From positions 806,001 to 870,000 of the forward strand of contig OZ287071.1 of NCBI GenBank assembly GCA_965645245.1: DNA of 64,000 nt, given 5' to 3'. Within the stretch, counting starts at the first letter, position 1; every line of letters begins with the position of its first letter. The notes under the pieces are model-generated. The model was not told the origin of the DNA, searched no databases, and saw only the letters and a list, made by a program, of their open reading frames with translations. The stretch comes from Massalongia carnosa (lineage: Eukaryota). Positions 25,610-39,363 of this stretch are shown here, in pieces. Made by a program: the position numbers and the translations under genes.

Positions 25610-27560
25610 ATGGGTTTATGGATCTTAGAGCCTTCAATCTCGGAGCATGTCCCAGGTATCCTTGAAACCTTTATCAATGGTGAACATGAGACTCACAGGC
25701 TTTCAGGTACTTCTTTCGTTCTCGACGATGCGAGTAGAGATGTCGAGGGCAATTCAGCGTTAAAGTACGACCATAGTGGACCCATACCAATCATTCTCGT
25801 TCCACAGCCCAGCGATGACCCCAATGATCCTTTAGTACACCTTTACTATACCCGCGCCAAATATTCCTAGCTAATAGAAGATAGAACTGGTCGATCTGGA
25901 AGCGAGATCTGGTTCTCCTCATCCTCTCCATTGTCTCAGTGATCGCATCAACATTAAGCCCTCTGCTTGCAGCAAACACCGTAACCTTGAGTTTGATCTT
26001 TGAGAAAGACTTTACACAGACTGCGCTACTCACCGGTTACCATTTATGTGGAGTTGGGTTTGCAGGGCTTCTGTTCGTGGCCTCTGCTAGGGTGTGGGGT
26101 AAAAGGCATCTTTACCTACTGGGGATGATTTTCATTATCGTTAGCAGCGCCTGGGGTGGTGCAAGCGGAACAAATTATAACAGTTTACTCTGGGCAAGAA
26201 TCATACAAGGCATTGGGCTGGCCCCTTTTGAAGCTTTGGTGAATGCTAGCGTTGGAGATCTATACTTCGTCCATGTAAGATCGGTTTGGAAAATGTGATA
26301 TAACACACTGACTCTCATGAAGGAACGGGGTAAGCGAATGGCACTTTCGAACCTTGCGCTCTTTGGTGGAGCCTTCTTTACGCCTGTAGTTATTGGGAAG
26401 ATCACTCATACGATAGGTTGGGAGTGGTCCTTCTATCTAATAGCTATATTTACCGGCGTACTGTTTCCTTTGGTCTTCTTCTTCGTCCCTGAAACCTCAT
26501 ATCGAAGGAAGACTTCTCTCAACACCGATTTCGCTGCCAATGAATCTACTGCGCAAACCGCGAGGGAGAAGCCTTCCAACGCCGACATGAGCCATCCGAG
26601 CTCAATTAATAATCATCTGAGCGAAGGCGATGACCGAGTTCTGACCTCCCAATCCGAAAACATTGTCACCCCGCCAAAGGTTAGTTTTGCTAAGTCGTTG
26701 CTTCCTTTCAATGGTAGGAAAACGGATGAAAATTTTTTCAAGCTCATCCTTCGCCCGCTGCCGCTGTTCTTCCATCCGGCAGTTTTGTGGGCGTGTCTGA
26801 TACAAGGTACCCTCATAGGCTGGACGGTGATGATTGGAATTGTCCTTGCAGCCATCTTTCTGGGGCCTCCGCTGTGGTTTAATGAAGTGAAGACAGGATA
26901 CATGTATACAGGCCCTTTCGTCGGGGCAATTCTAGGCTTTCTTCTTGCTGGGTTGCTCTCTGATTGGTCAACTAACATCATGATCCGGCGGAACAAAGGC
27001 ATATATGAACCCGAATTCCGCATTTTGCTTGTTATACCACAGCTCATCTTTGGCTGCGCAGGGTTGTATGGGTTTGGGATTACATCTAGCCATGTGACGG
27101 GATGGTTCCTGCCGGACTTCTTTTTCGGATTGGAAGTAATGGGCATGGTGCTCGGAGCTGTTGCCAGTGCCCTCTATATTGTAGATGCACACCGTAAGCT
27201 TTGTATCTTCTTGCTACACCAGATGCATAATAGGCGGTGCATAACTGATTTAGGCTTAGGGGATATTGCGGTGGAAGCATTCACGTGTCTTTTGATCTTC
27301 AAAAATATTTTCAGCTTCGGTCTAACTTGGAGTGCGTACAACTGGCTCATACAAACCGGCATTCGGGAGACGTTTTATATCATAGGCAGCGTACAGGTTT
27401 GCATTTGCCTACTTAGTGTCCCCATGTGTAAGTATTACCCTCCTCCCTCTTCTTCTTCGATTTGCCAGAGCTAACTAGCTGGCATACAGATATATATGGG
27501 AAACGAAACAGGGCGTTCTTTGGCCGACATAATATTTTGAAATTGGCTCATTTGTCGTAA
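25610..27560 (+). CDS. MFS transporter (HOL1-like/DHA1-related), spliced
   Basis: Motifs ILVPQPSDDPNDPL/NWS, RVWGKRHLY, VGDLYFVH/ERG, VPETSY, YEPEFR; multiple TM segments; about 5 introns. Confidence 0.92.
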
Positions 27561-29299
27561 GAGCACGTTCTGCTTGAAACTGAATCATTTCTAGGTTAGA
27601 GGTCATGTTTTAATTTAGTTTTGTATCTGCCCCTTAGGTAATGAGCGTTGGCTACATTTTCTGTCCTAATTAGCAAAGTCCCCTTAATCCTCCACCCCAT
27701 CCATTTTCTTTAATCTACCTTTTTTAAGAGAGTTCAAGCTTATCTAGGACATCAAAGAGTTAGTTACATAAGAGAAATGGAGGGGCTGCCGCTAATTAAC
27801 CGACTCCCAGATTCCCATCACTGTTACCTAATTCACATGTTGCCTAGGCTTCATAAAATTCTCAATAACTTACGTCTCGTTCGCATGATTCTTCTGATTC
27901 AAAATTCTTTACCTGCCACTAGATTTCGTAGTTGGCTCTTGTAATTCTTTCATCTTAAACTCTCTTCAATACTCCCTGAAGGTTTCCTGTCTTTCATTTA
28001 GTTATATAGGTATATATACATATTAAACTTTCGTTCTCAAAGGTACTCTCTAAACATACTATAACTTTACACCTCATTGAATCGTCTTTTGAACTAACTT
28101 CTCTGTTGTGTCATTCATTACAGCCTTGCTTCTCTATTACTATTTTCAGCCGCCTTTTCACCGCCGATGGCCAATCGCTGACCCCTGGAGCCAGCGAAGG
28201 CGTTGGCATAGCTATTGGGGCTTGCCACCGCCCAGTCAGCCGCATGGCACCACCTAGTTGGGGGATAATTTCAAGAGTTGAGGCGGCAGTTTTCCCTTTG
28301 CTGCATAGGTGAAAGTTACAGTCACAAGAGGTAGTTACGAGGAGTTGCTGAAGAGGTAAAGGGTCGAGGACAACTAACTCTGCCTCGAAGAAGCCATCAA
28401 GCGCTGGACCTACGTGTACCAGCAAAATCATTTATAAATGGTGCACAGGACATACATTGCTTTTAGCTTGGCTTGTGATATGATACGGAAGCTGAAGCTA
28501 TTTAAAAGGAAATTCCGGGCTTGGCCTAGTGCCCTAACTCATCGATCCAACCAACGGCAAAACCTGTCGGCGAATATCTGGGTAGGGAGGCATAAGGTAC
28601 CTATGTAACTCAGTGCGGATGGATCGACCACGCGGACAGAGTCTCCATAGAAAGAAGAGTTATTTACACTTTTATTCAATGCCTTTTCATTTTAAAAAAT
28701 TCAATCTTTGTCTTTTTGAATCATTTTATTAAGTATTGTTGAAGATAGGTATATGGCTATGGCTATATAGCTATGTAATAATAAAGATGAGACCGCTTGG
28801 TGAATAAAATCCCGAAAATTACCAATTCAGCAGCAGGGATGATATAATTGTTGACATTTGCTGGGTTCAGCTACGTAATCTACAGTTTAAAAGAGTCTTT
28901 CCATTCGTATTTTTTATTTAACATCCTTGTATATTTTGTCGAGTCGTCGATAGTTCTCCTTTTCAAATTAAACCTTGCAATGGTATTCTACGGTGGCTAT
29001 CAGCTCTATACATTTCCTCGACCATTCTTGTCAGGGAACTATCGTTCCTTCCTTGCTTACAGAAGACATCTTATACGTCCTCTGTTCTGCTTGATCCTAG
29101 ATTATCTATCATCTTACTTAGTACTATGTTTCTTCATTTGTTCCTTATGCTATGAATGTACCCCTTACAAGTCTATCCCCCGGGATTCAATGGATACTTT
29201 CTTTGTCACCTTCTCATAAGAGTTTTCCATAGAGTAACATCATAAAGGGAGTCATGGGCCGGCCTTCGGCCGGTGTCAGATCGGTACAAGAATCAATCA

Positions 29300-30240
29300 T
29301 CATCATCATAAAGGGAGTTGTATGACCAATTTCTTCCTCACACTCTCCTCGTTCGTTCTTTTCTATCTCGTTATTCTCATTCTTCGGTGCCAATTATACT
29401 CGCATTTCAATCTTCAGACTACCTTCCAAGGCGCACTCCTTGCAAAAATTCCTCGACCACACAACCCTTCCCCCCCTATTCGATACTCTCGCTGTCTCTA
29501 CTAGGAGAAGTTCAACCTCCGTGAATCTTCAAAAGGGCAGTCACCATATAACTCTTCTTGACGTACCAGTAAACGCTAATACGCTATTTTAAGGTCTAGG
29601 TAGGGCTATCGGATTGCTCAACTCAAGGCTATGCGGCTATGGATTCTAGACGTAACTAGATCTTCTCCCAAGATACCAAGTCCCTCGATAGCAAGGAGTT
29701 GGCGGTAAAACTACTGCTATTAAAAGGCGAGTATATCTTTCTGATAGATCTACAAGATAGCCTTTAACCAGGCAATGCCACATCATGATCACGAAGATAA
29801 AGGTTTCTACCCTTCTTGTTCCAATGACCGTGTCTTGACTCCTATAGCCTGAAAGAAGGCATCAAAGTTAGACACTAAAATTTGGACACTCAAATGGCAG
29901 CTGGAAGCATTGAGAGAAGGAAAAGGTGCTGTTACACAAATTGTTCAAACTCGAATTCGAAGAACTGCTTTTCTTTTTTCTTTGTCGACTTTGAACTTAA
30001 AGTTGGGTCCTTAACTAGAATTGTAGGAGTATGCCGCATAGATCTCGATAAACTTCTCAAGTTTATCTTACTACACTTTAAGGAAGATAGTGGGAATCTG
30101 CAAAACCAAGCCCGAACTTAGACGATACTAATACCCCGGAGGAGAGAACAAATAATAGGGGAAAGCTCAAGACTCAGCCTACGAGAAAGCGAAGCCACAA
30201 GCTCATTGACGAAAGCGACGTTGAATCCCATCTCAATTGA
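29300..30240 (-). pseudogene. possible decayed coding remnant of unknown origin
   Basis: One minus-strand frame reads protein-like (DAFFQAIGVKTRSLEQEG*...FYRQLLAIEGLGILGEDLVTSRIHSRIAL...) but is interrupted by many TAG/TAA/TGA stops. No family recognised. Confidence 0.3.
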
Positions 30241-32090
30241 CACTAGGTGAGTAAAAGATAAGAAGCTCGATTGATCTGTATATCAAATTTATGAAGCTAA
30301 AGTTCTAGTCTTAAGGATTTTAACGGGAAAGAAGAAATGACAAGAACAATAGGGTTACTGGTGAAAAAAATAGGCACACAATGAAATTTTTCGCATGACC
30401 ACGTCGTTTCGCCCCTAACCCCAAACACTATAATGAGAGACACTCAAGTCGGACTTTGGGTAAACTGAATATACAAAGCAAGGACACATGATGACCACTA
30501 ACCATACATTTTAAATAATGGTTTTTAGCCTGGACTGAGTAATATCAATGGGGGTAGCGATTTTCAAGCTTGGTGGAGAATTGATGATGAATTTATTGAG
30601 TGTTTCTCAGAATTGAATAGATTTCCTATCTGGGTTAGCGTGACTTGACATTATGTAAAAACTCCTTAAACATTAATTATTCTATGTGTTGAAATCAACA
30701 GAATGCTCTGATAAGTCAGCATGATCTTGATAAATCAAATGTAAGTAGTTTCAACAAACTTATGTATGAAGATCAAATACAGAGAAGTTGATGCTTTGAT
30801 CAGCATTTAGATCAGACATCCCTGTTTTAGGCTAACTTGATCAGGAAACTTACTCAATTCTGGACGACAAGAGTACGTGCCGAGGTGTATATATTGTGTA
30901 TACTATTTAGCAAGCAGCGACCCAACCAAATGAGCAGTTCCGTATGTACAATAATACTAATATCTACCTCAATATCCCTTACCAAAGTTAGTAAGCAGTA
31001 TTGTCCATTAGCGCTCCCGCGATGCTTTCCACGGGCGGCTACACCTGTCCAAAAATATTTTCTAACCTGAATCAATATTGAATGAACTGATTAAACCAAA
31101 GAAGATGGTCTGTTGATGGGTTTGTAGGAATACTTAACCCTTTGTGTCATTGTCTTGAACAAATTTCCTTCCACTCGGCGCGGCGTGGATATGAAAAGCT
31201 CTCACGCTGGAGGCGATATGCTGAATACTGCAAGGGAGGAGCCATACTGTCTCTACCTTACTACCTTAAACGATCATCTAGATAGTCAAAATAGCAAGAT
31301 GGTACTGTTAAGATTCTGATCATGATATGCAACGTTCTTGCGGTTGTAGACGCCATTTTGAATAGCTCTCATCGCCCATGCTCACTTTAACAGCGCGGTA
31401 TTCCTCCTATCCTTGGCCATGTCAGGAAGACTAGGAATTATTTGAGCTTTGGTCATCGGAATTGCTCTGCGGCTGTGTCTCAGTCATCCCACTTGCTTCT
31501 CAATTGCTCGGAGGGAGGCTTGATCTATGTCTACCTTTGAAAAGTTAGAAGAAGGCGTAAGAAGCATGTGTGTAGTTCATGTCCCTATCTTGAGTTGTTA
31601 GACTTCGTGTGACGAGAGCCGCGAATCAACCTGAGCGCAAGAAAACCATGGGTATCAGATTCTGTCATATCAAGAAGTCTTTTCTTTAGATTATACCGTC
31701 GAAGCTGATGATAGCTTTTATAAAAGTTATCTCGTTTCAAGTATTGTTCTATAAACTGTAAACTTACTAATATTAGTCCATTCGACTTTCTTAACTGCAC
31801 TGTAGGAGCTTACTCTTAAAAATGTACTAGATCCGGCATGGTAAAACCAAACCTCTCGATACCTAGGCTTCATCCATGGCCCGACCATGAAGAATGAGGT
31901 ACTTTCAGTCTTGTAATCCTTAGAGCTTTGCGAGCTTCATGTTCATTAGAAATAAAGCACTGAAATCGCATCTCACTCGGAAAGAGAGGGAGAACCCAAG
32001 ACCGTCAACCCATAAAAAGTGGAACGAAACACTCGTAGGCAAGAACCACTCTAAGCTGGAACTAAGGATTAGAGATTCGCGGTAGCCAAC

Positions 32091-32703
32091 CACTGCGGTT
32101 GACAACAAAAATCACACACCAAAATATCTACCCCATCATCCACCCTTTCACACCCATAATCAACAACAATTATTCAATCAACATCTAGAACTCCCACATT
32201 TGATACTCGTGAGCGAAAAAGCATTATGCTACTCCTGTTATCAGGATGCTGTCGAATCTTGCGAAAGAATGGAATTCCTTATTATAAAGAGGATGTTTTT
32301 CGAACTTTCAATGTTTCGCGCGAACAAGGCTATGCTTTCTTACGCAACGAATCTGTCATTTAAATCACTACTTCAATTGCCCTTCATCTTTCGGTTTAGC
32401 TTCTATGGAGGACTGCTGGCAGTCTTCAAAACAACATCTTCGTAAATATCCTTATTGGGACGACGTCACCATCAAGGAATTGATTTACGAGGGATGGAGT
32501 CTTGTTTCACAGAGACTTATCAATGAGAAAATAGCGACAATGCCTGGTCATCTCCGAGCAGTAATAGACGGTGAAGGCAAAATAACAGGTTATTAAATGA
32601 AGCAATTGAGATTCAATTAGACATCAGATAATGTAAATAATCATTGGTAACAAATTTGGTGGGGTAGAAATTTTGGTGTGTGATTTTTTTTGTCAACCGC
32701 GTG
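32091..32703 (+). mobile_element. non-autonomous miniature element of about 610 bp derived from a Tc1-like transposon (about 45-bp TIRs)
   Basis: Left cactgcggttgacaacaaaaatcacacaccaaaatatctacccca versus the right end reverse-complemented cac-gcggttgacaaaaaaaatcacacaccaaaatttctacccca. The internal remnant W...INEKIATMPGHLRAVIDGEGKITGY* resembles a Tc1 transposase C-terminus. Confidence 0.85.
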
Positions 32704-33649
32704 CCAACCTATTTATGTCAATCATCTACCACACAGCAATATCGTTGATACGCCTGAAAAAATCAGCTGCCTAGCTGTAAATCTACTTCGTAAACCAATC
32801 AGGATTCAGGTCTGTCTAATTAAGCTATTCCAAAGCAATGCAAGCTTAAATAGCCACCGCAGAAGCCCCAAGGATGGTATTTCATGCAAAGATGCCCGTG
32901 AATGATGCGCCGCCGTGATGGAGGTTGGGATACAGGCTTATGTAGACTATTTCCTCCTCTCCCAATTCGGGCTAAGTTTTGCAAAATGACCTGAAAGCAC
33001 AGACTTTCAGTAAAAAGAAAGTGACAAAGAGCTACTGTCAGCAGCATACAGATCCTAGGTTGGTGCCATGCTAGCTGATCTCGCCATAGGCAGTGGATGA
33101 TAACGTTGTTGCTTTTCCACCCCTGGGAAACTTGATCTGGTGTGGGATTATTGGTTGAACAGGATAGGTCGAGTCCTAACCGCTGGAATTGTACATCGCC
33201 CAATTAGATTGACAAATGAGTCAAATTGGCGTGTGATCCTGCTGTCGTTGTTTTACTTCATGCTGATACACAACGGGACGATGACAGACCGCTTTATGCT
33301 ACATTTGGGAGGAGAGAGAGGACTTGCCGAACATTAAGGGTTGATGGAAGGTTCAACGGAACGGCGCGTAAGGCAATTGCAAGAATTATATCCGTAGTTA
33401 ATCCGTACTCTGTACTTTCACGTGAGCTAATTTAGATTGGGCTTCGCTTATTTCCTTGTCGTCAGGTCTTCTTTATTCCCCCCATGCGATACTAATTTGT
33501 TGGCAAACTCACCCTCGCCTTCACTCTCATCTTCATCTGTTCATCGACCAACCATCTAACATCAAAACCCCCCGACATCAATACATCAAACACGCTTAAA
33601 GCGATACGATAATTTTCTAGTATCCGCGAAACTTTTCATACATTTCATA

Positions 33650-35007
33650 ATGACGAGTGAAGTAAGTCCTTGACGCGCCTATCAAAACATAGTTGTGATC
33701 GCCCATGCAACTCATTGTTTTTGTTTATTTGGCCGCTGCGCAATCTCGTTGAAGAGACAATAGCTAACGTAGACTGGGATTGATAGCGCGAGAGGTATAC
33801 TTTAAAAACGAATCCTACTTGGACGATGGACATACTGATGATTGTACAGTAAGACCTTTCTTGCGAGGCTGTGCGAGCAAGCCGAGCGTTATGATGGTAA
33901 GGCACTATCAATTCTGGACTAGTAAAATCATAACCATGCTAAATACTATCCACAACAGAAATGGTTACGTATATGAAAGTGAGTGTTGTGCGTTGATGTT
34001 TGGCAATACGGGTACTAATTAATTGCAGGAAGTCGCCAAGGTACTATCCCGCTTGTCAGAATCTGATCCAACGGCGTAGGATCGGTAAAAATTTTTTTAC
34101 GTGATTATTAACACATCGAATAGATTGGCGGCGAACTCACTGTCGACGAGAGGAATTTACTATCGGTTGCGTATAAGAACGTTGTGGGAACTCGACGTGC
34201 CTCCTGGCGTATAATTTCCTCCATTGAGCAAAAAGAGGAATCTAAGGGTTCAGACAAGCATGTCGGCACAATCCGTGATTATCGTCAAAAGATTGAAACT
34301 GAACTTGAGCGTGTTTGTCAAGATGTCCTTGATGTCTTGGATGAGTCCCTTATTCCTAAGGCGGAATCAGGCGAATCAAAGGTTTTTTATCATAAGATGT
34401 ACGTAATGATTCTTGAGAACTTGAACAAGAATCTCCGCGCTATGTTCAGTGCTAATCGATTTTCTGCTTATAGGAAAGGGGATTACCATCGTTATCTCGC
34501 GGAATTCGCCTCAGGAGAGAAGCGCAAAGTTGCAGCTACTGCTGCCCATGAGGCCTACAAGGTAAACAGTCACCACAAGATTTCCAATACCCTTGATACT
34601 TAACCGTGGATCAGAATGCTACGGACATTGCGCAGACCGATCTTACACCAACCCACCCCATTCGTCTCGGCCTTGCGCTTAACTTCTCCGTTTTCTACTA
34701 CGAGATTTTGAACTCCCCTGATCGCGCTTGCCATCTGGCTAAGCAAGCTTTTGATGATGCAATCGCGGAGCTTGACTCACTTTCTGAGGAGTCCTACCGT
34801 GATAGCACTCTCATTATGCAATTACTCCGCGACAACCTGACCCTATGGACCTCTTCCGATGGAGGCGAGGCTGAGGCAGCACCAGCTGGCGAGGCTTCGA
34901 AGGAGACCGAGAAGACTGCACCTGCAGAGCCTAAAGCTGATGCGCCTGCTCCGGCTGAGGGTACCACGGAGAACCATCCTGCTCCTCCTACTACCTCGGA
35001 AACCTAA
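33650..35007 (+). CDS. 14-3-3 protein, 8 exons
   Basis: [88 protein letters not shown]. Confidence 0.98.
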
Positions 35008-35891
35008 GGTGGGCGCAGCAGACCCATCTCATCTGTGTAGTCAATGGCGGCGTGCGAGTGTCATCACTTGGAACGCTGAGAACTATATTTCGCCATTGTA
35101 CATCGATTGGCACAAGGAGTGGGAATCTTTCCGGTCGGACGGTTGGTTTTCTTGTTGTTCTCGCAATATGGTCTCCTTAGTCTCTGGATTTAGCTGTCAT
35201 TATGTGCGAGGTTGAGAGGTTTGACGGTGATGATTAGCTTAATCGGCTGATCTGCAGAAACTGTCACAAACGTTATCTAAGGCCGAGGATGCATCCTTTA
35301 CTGATCGGGAGGATTTATTCTACACACCTAGATAATGCCGCAATGCACGTTCAGTCTCTACTCTTGGCGGAAGTACAGCTGCATCTGAGTTGAAATGATG
35401 ATGAACTTGTGTGGATTACCGATCCTTTTCCCCAGTCGAGATACCCAACCAATGTTCACGTAACTTCTAGCTTAGCTGGGACGAATGGCTCACCACCAAA
35501 ATTATTTAGCCAGCCGTAAGAAAATTGCAATTGAAGAATGAAGGAGTGACTGGATACAAAAAAACGCTTCCGTATCGTCATGTTGTATTAGTGTATCTGT
35601 ATTAAATCCCTGGCTGGTCGGATAAGGCAACACATCCTTCCTTGTCGGTCCGATAAACTTTCCATTCGTCTAAGAAAAAAATACAGGCCACGTTCTCGAA
35701 AAATAATCCGGAGTCGTTCTGGAAGCAACTTTGCTTAAAACAATTCGATTCAAGTCACTCATTTCAATCGCAGTGCTGATGAGGATAAATATTGTCAATT
35801 GAGCAAGTTTTCTTCGTGTTGTTTTCCAAGAATCGTACTCTCATTTAACAAATTCTGGACGGAGAATCGCAATTCGTCCCTAAGGCGTATT

Positions 35892-38800
35892 ATGGACGCC
35901 GCATATCTTTCCTCCCCTGAGGATGCCTTGACGCATTTTCAAATTACAGAGCGAGATGGGTTATCAGATTTGCAGGTGCAAAAAGCCACCGAGGAGTATG
36001 GCCGCAATGGTCGGTACCGGATGATTTTATGACTTCAGAAAAGCAGTACTGATCCGTTTCCTTTGTAGCTCTACCCGAAGATCCTCCAACGCCGATATGG
36101 AAATTAATACTTGAGCAGTTCAAAGATCAACTTGTCATTATATTGCTAGCATCAGCAGCCCTTTCATTTCTGCTGGCCTTGTTTGAAGATGGTGAAGGTT
36201 GGACCGCGTTCGTAGACCCGCTTGTGGTCAGTACACAAGCATTATTGCTTCAGAAGACGCTTACTGATCATGTGCGCATAGATCCTGACTATTCTTATTC
36301 TCAATGCCGTTGTTGGAGTTTCGCAGGAAAGTAGCGCAGAAAAGGCAATTGCCGCGCTCCAGGAATACTCGGCGAACGAGGCAAAGGTGGTCCGCAATGG
36401 CTCGGTAAAACGTATCAGGGCGGAGGAGCTTGTACCCGGGGATGTGGTATCTGTGTCTGTTGGCGATCGAATACCTGCAGACTGCAGGCTTCTTTCCATA
36501 CAAAGTAACAGCTTTCGGGTTGATCAAGCCATTCTAACCGGCGAGAGTGAAAGCGTTAGCAAGGGTACGAAAGCTATCAAGGATTTGCGAGCTGTCAAAC
36601 AGGATCAATTTAACATGTTGTTTTCCGGCACCACGGTGGTGACGGGCCATGCGACTGCTTTGGTCGTTCAAACTGGAGCATACACGGCAATTGGAGATAT
36701 TCAAGAGAGCATCACCTCTCAGATATCTGAGCCTACGCCTCTAAAGCAGAAGCTCAACGACTTTGGCGACATGCTAGCTAAAGTTATAACAGTCATTTGT
36801 ATTGTAGTGTGGCTAATCAATATTCAACATTTCAACGACCCATCACATGGGAGCTGGGTAAAGGGTGCAATCTATTACCTCAAGGTATACCAACATTGTT
36901 CCCTCCAGCCTAAGATGCTAACTATTTTCGTAGATTGCAGTATCGCTTGGGGTTGCAGCGATCCCTGAGGGATTGGCTGTGGTTATTACTACCTGTCTTG
37001 CTCTTGGGACGCGAAAGATGGCAGCCAAAAACGCTGTCGTGCGCAGCCTCCCGTCTGTCGAGACACTAGGAAGTTGTAGTGTTATTTGCTCAGACAAGAC
37101 TGGCACTCTGACCACTAATCAAATGAGCGTAAACAAATTGGTCTTCCTTAACGAGTCTGCTATGGGCCTGGACGAAATCGATGTTGAAGGGACAACTTTC
37201 GCACCTGAGGGGGAGATTTCTTTTAATGGGAAGAAGTTGGAGAATTTCGCCGAGTGTTCAATGACGGTTCGAAAAATGGCCGAAGTCGCTGCGTTATGCA
37301 ATGACTCGCAATTAGCATTTGATTCAAAAAATGGCATATTTTACAGCATTGGCGAGCCTACAGAAGGAGCACTCCGTGTTCTTGTTGAGAAACTTGGAAC
37401 CCCAGAGGCTACTGTGAACCAAGGGAGAGCCAAGCTTTTGATGGAAGACAGATTACACTACGTAAGCAGGTACTATGCAGATCAAAATCCGCGTCTTGCT
37501 ACATATGAATTCTCGAGAGACAGGAAGAGCATGTCGGTTCTGGTTGGCCAAGGTAAACAGCAACGCCTGCTGGTAAAAGGCGCGCCAGAATCCATAATGG
37601 AACGATGTTCGCATGTTTTGTTAGGTGCAAAGGGCAAGTCAGTTCTTCTAGATGGACGGCTTCTGGACCTGCTATCGCAAGAGGTTTCGAGCTTCGGCGC
37701 TCGTGGCCTTCGAGTTATTGCCCTTGCCAGTATCGATGATGTATCCTCGAAACCTTTACTGCGCTCTGCAACGACAACCGAGGAGTACGCTGAGCTAGAG
37801 CAGGACATGACATTAATAGGCCTTGTAGGGATGCTAGATCCACCTCGACCAGAAGTTCCGGAGTCGATCCGAAAATGCAGAGAAGCAGGCATTCGAGTGG
37901 TAGTGATCACGGGTGACAACCAGACCACCGCTGAGACCATATGTCGGCAGATTGGTATTTTCGGCAAACATGAAAACCTTCGAGGAAAGAGCTTTACCGG
38001 GAGAGAATTTGAAGCTTTGGGCGATACGGAAAAGTTGGAGGCCGCTAGAACAGCTTCGTTGTTCTCGAGAACCGAGCCTATGCACAAATCGCAGCTGGTT
38101 GATCTACTTCAGTCTGACGGAGAGGTTGTTGCGATGACTGGCGACGGAGTGAATGACGCTCCAGCACTCAAAAAATCCGACATTGGAGTAGCCATGGGCT
38201 CTGGAACGGACGTAGCTAAACTTGCCGCCGACATGGTGCTTGCAGATGACAACTTTGCAACCATTGAAAGCGCTGTCAGAGAAGGTCGATCGATCTACAA
38301 TAACACACAACAATTTATTCGATACCTTATCTCATCAAATATCGGAGAGGTGGTGTCAATCTTTCTGACTGCCGCGGCAGGCATGCCGGAAGCTCTCATC
38401 CCCGTACAGCTTCTGTGGGTCAATCTTGTCACCGACGGCCTTCCTGCCACAGCGCTATCATTCAATCCCCCAGATCATGACGTAATGCGAAGACCCCCGA
38501 GGAAGCGTGACGAGGCCCTCGTTGGCGGATGGCTCTTTTTCCGGTACATGGTTGTAGGTGTATACGTGGGCGCGGCGACCGTATTTGGGTATGCCTGGTG
38601 GTTCATGTTCAATCCCGAGGGGCCTCGGATTTCATTTTGGCAGCTGGTGATTGATAAACCCTTTCTTATCTATGTTCGCCCTTCGCTAACGTTAATGCAT
38701 GCAAGTCCCATTTCCATCGATGCTCATCCCGCTTTCCCGAAATCGGCTGTGAGATGTTTACAAATGACAGCGCGAAAGCTGCTTCGACTGTCTCCTTGTC

Positions 38801-39363
38801 CATGTAAATTGATTTCTTCCTCTTCCCTTAGCTTCAAATATCATCTAGTACATGCAGATCGTATAACGACGCTGACTGGAAGCAACCAACCAATATTAGC
38901 CTCGTGGTCATCGAAATGCTCAACGCGATGAACGCTCTATCGTCTAGCGAATCGCTGCTCACGTTACCGTTGTGGGAAAACATGATGCTCGTATACGCCA
39001 TCAACCTCTCCATGTTGCTGCACTTCGCCCTCCTCTACACCCCCGTCCTGCAAAGCCTGTTTTCAATCGTGCCGCTCAACTGGAACGAATGGCGTGCCGT
39101 GCTGCTGATTAGCGTTCCCGTCATGTAAGCTTTTAATAATCAATCCTCCCTCCATCCCTCTTCCCGTTTACCGTCTCCATTCGAAACCCTATTTCTATTT
39201 CATTTCGTTCTTTCTATAGATTATATACAAAGGCTCCTTGAAGTCTTCGCTAACTCCCCTTCGCGGCTCTTCCAGATTCATCGACGAGGTGCTCAAGTTC
39301 TGGGAAAGGAAACGCTACATGCCTAAGAAGTTGGAGGCTAATATTAGAGAGAAAAGGGAATAG
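35892..39363 (+). CDS. nca-1: SERCA-type (P2A) Ca2+-transporting ATPase, spliced
   Basis: Motifs [45 protein letters not shown], plus the SERCA-type FSRDRKSMS and [12 protein letters not shown]. Confidence 0.96.

Noticed and set aside
13913..27560. Peptidase + permease + CFEM + MFS as a nutrient-uptake or secondary-metabolite cluster
   Set aside because: No backbone enzyme or pathway transcription factor, long spacers, and no evidence of co-regulation.
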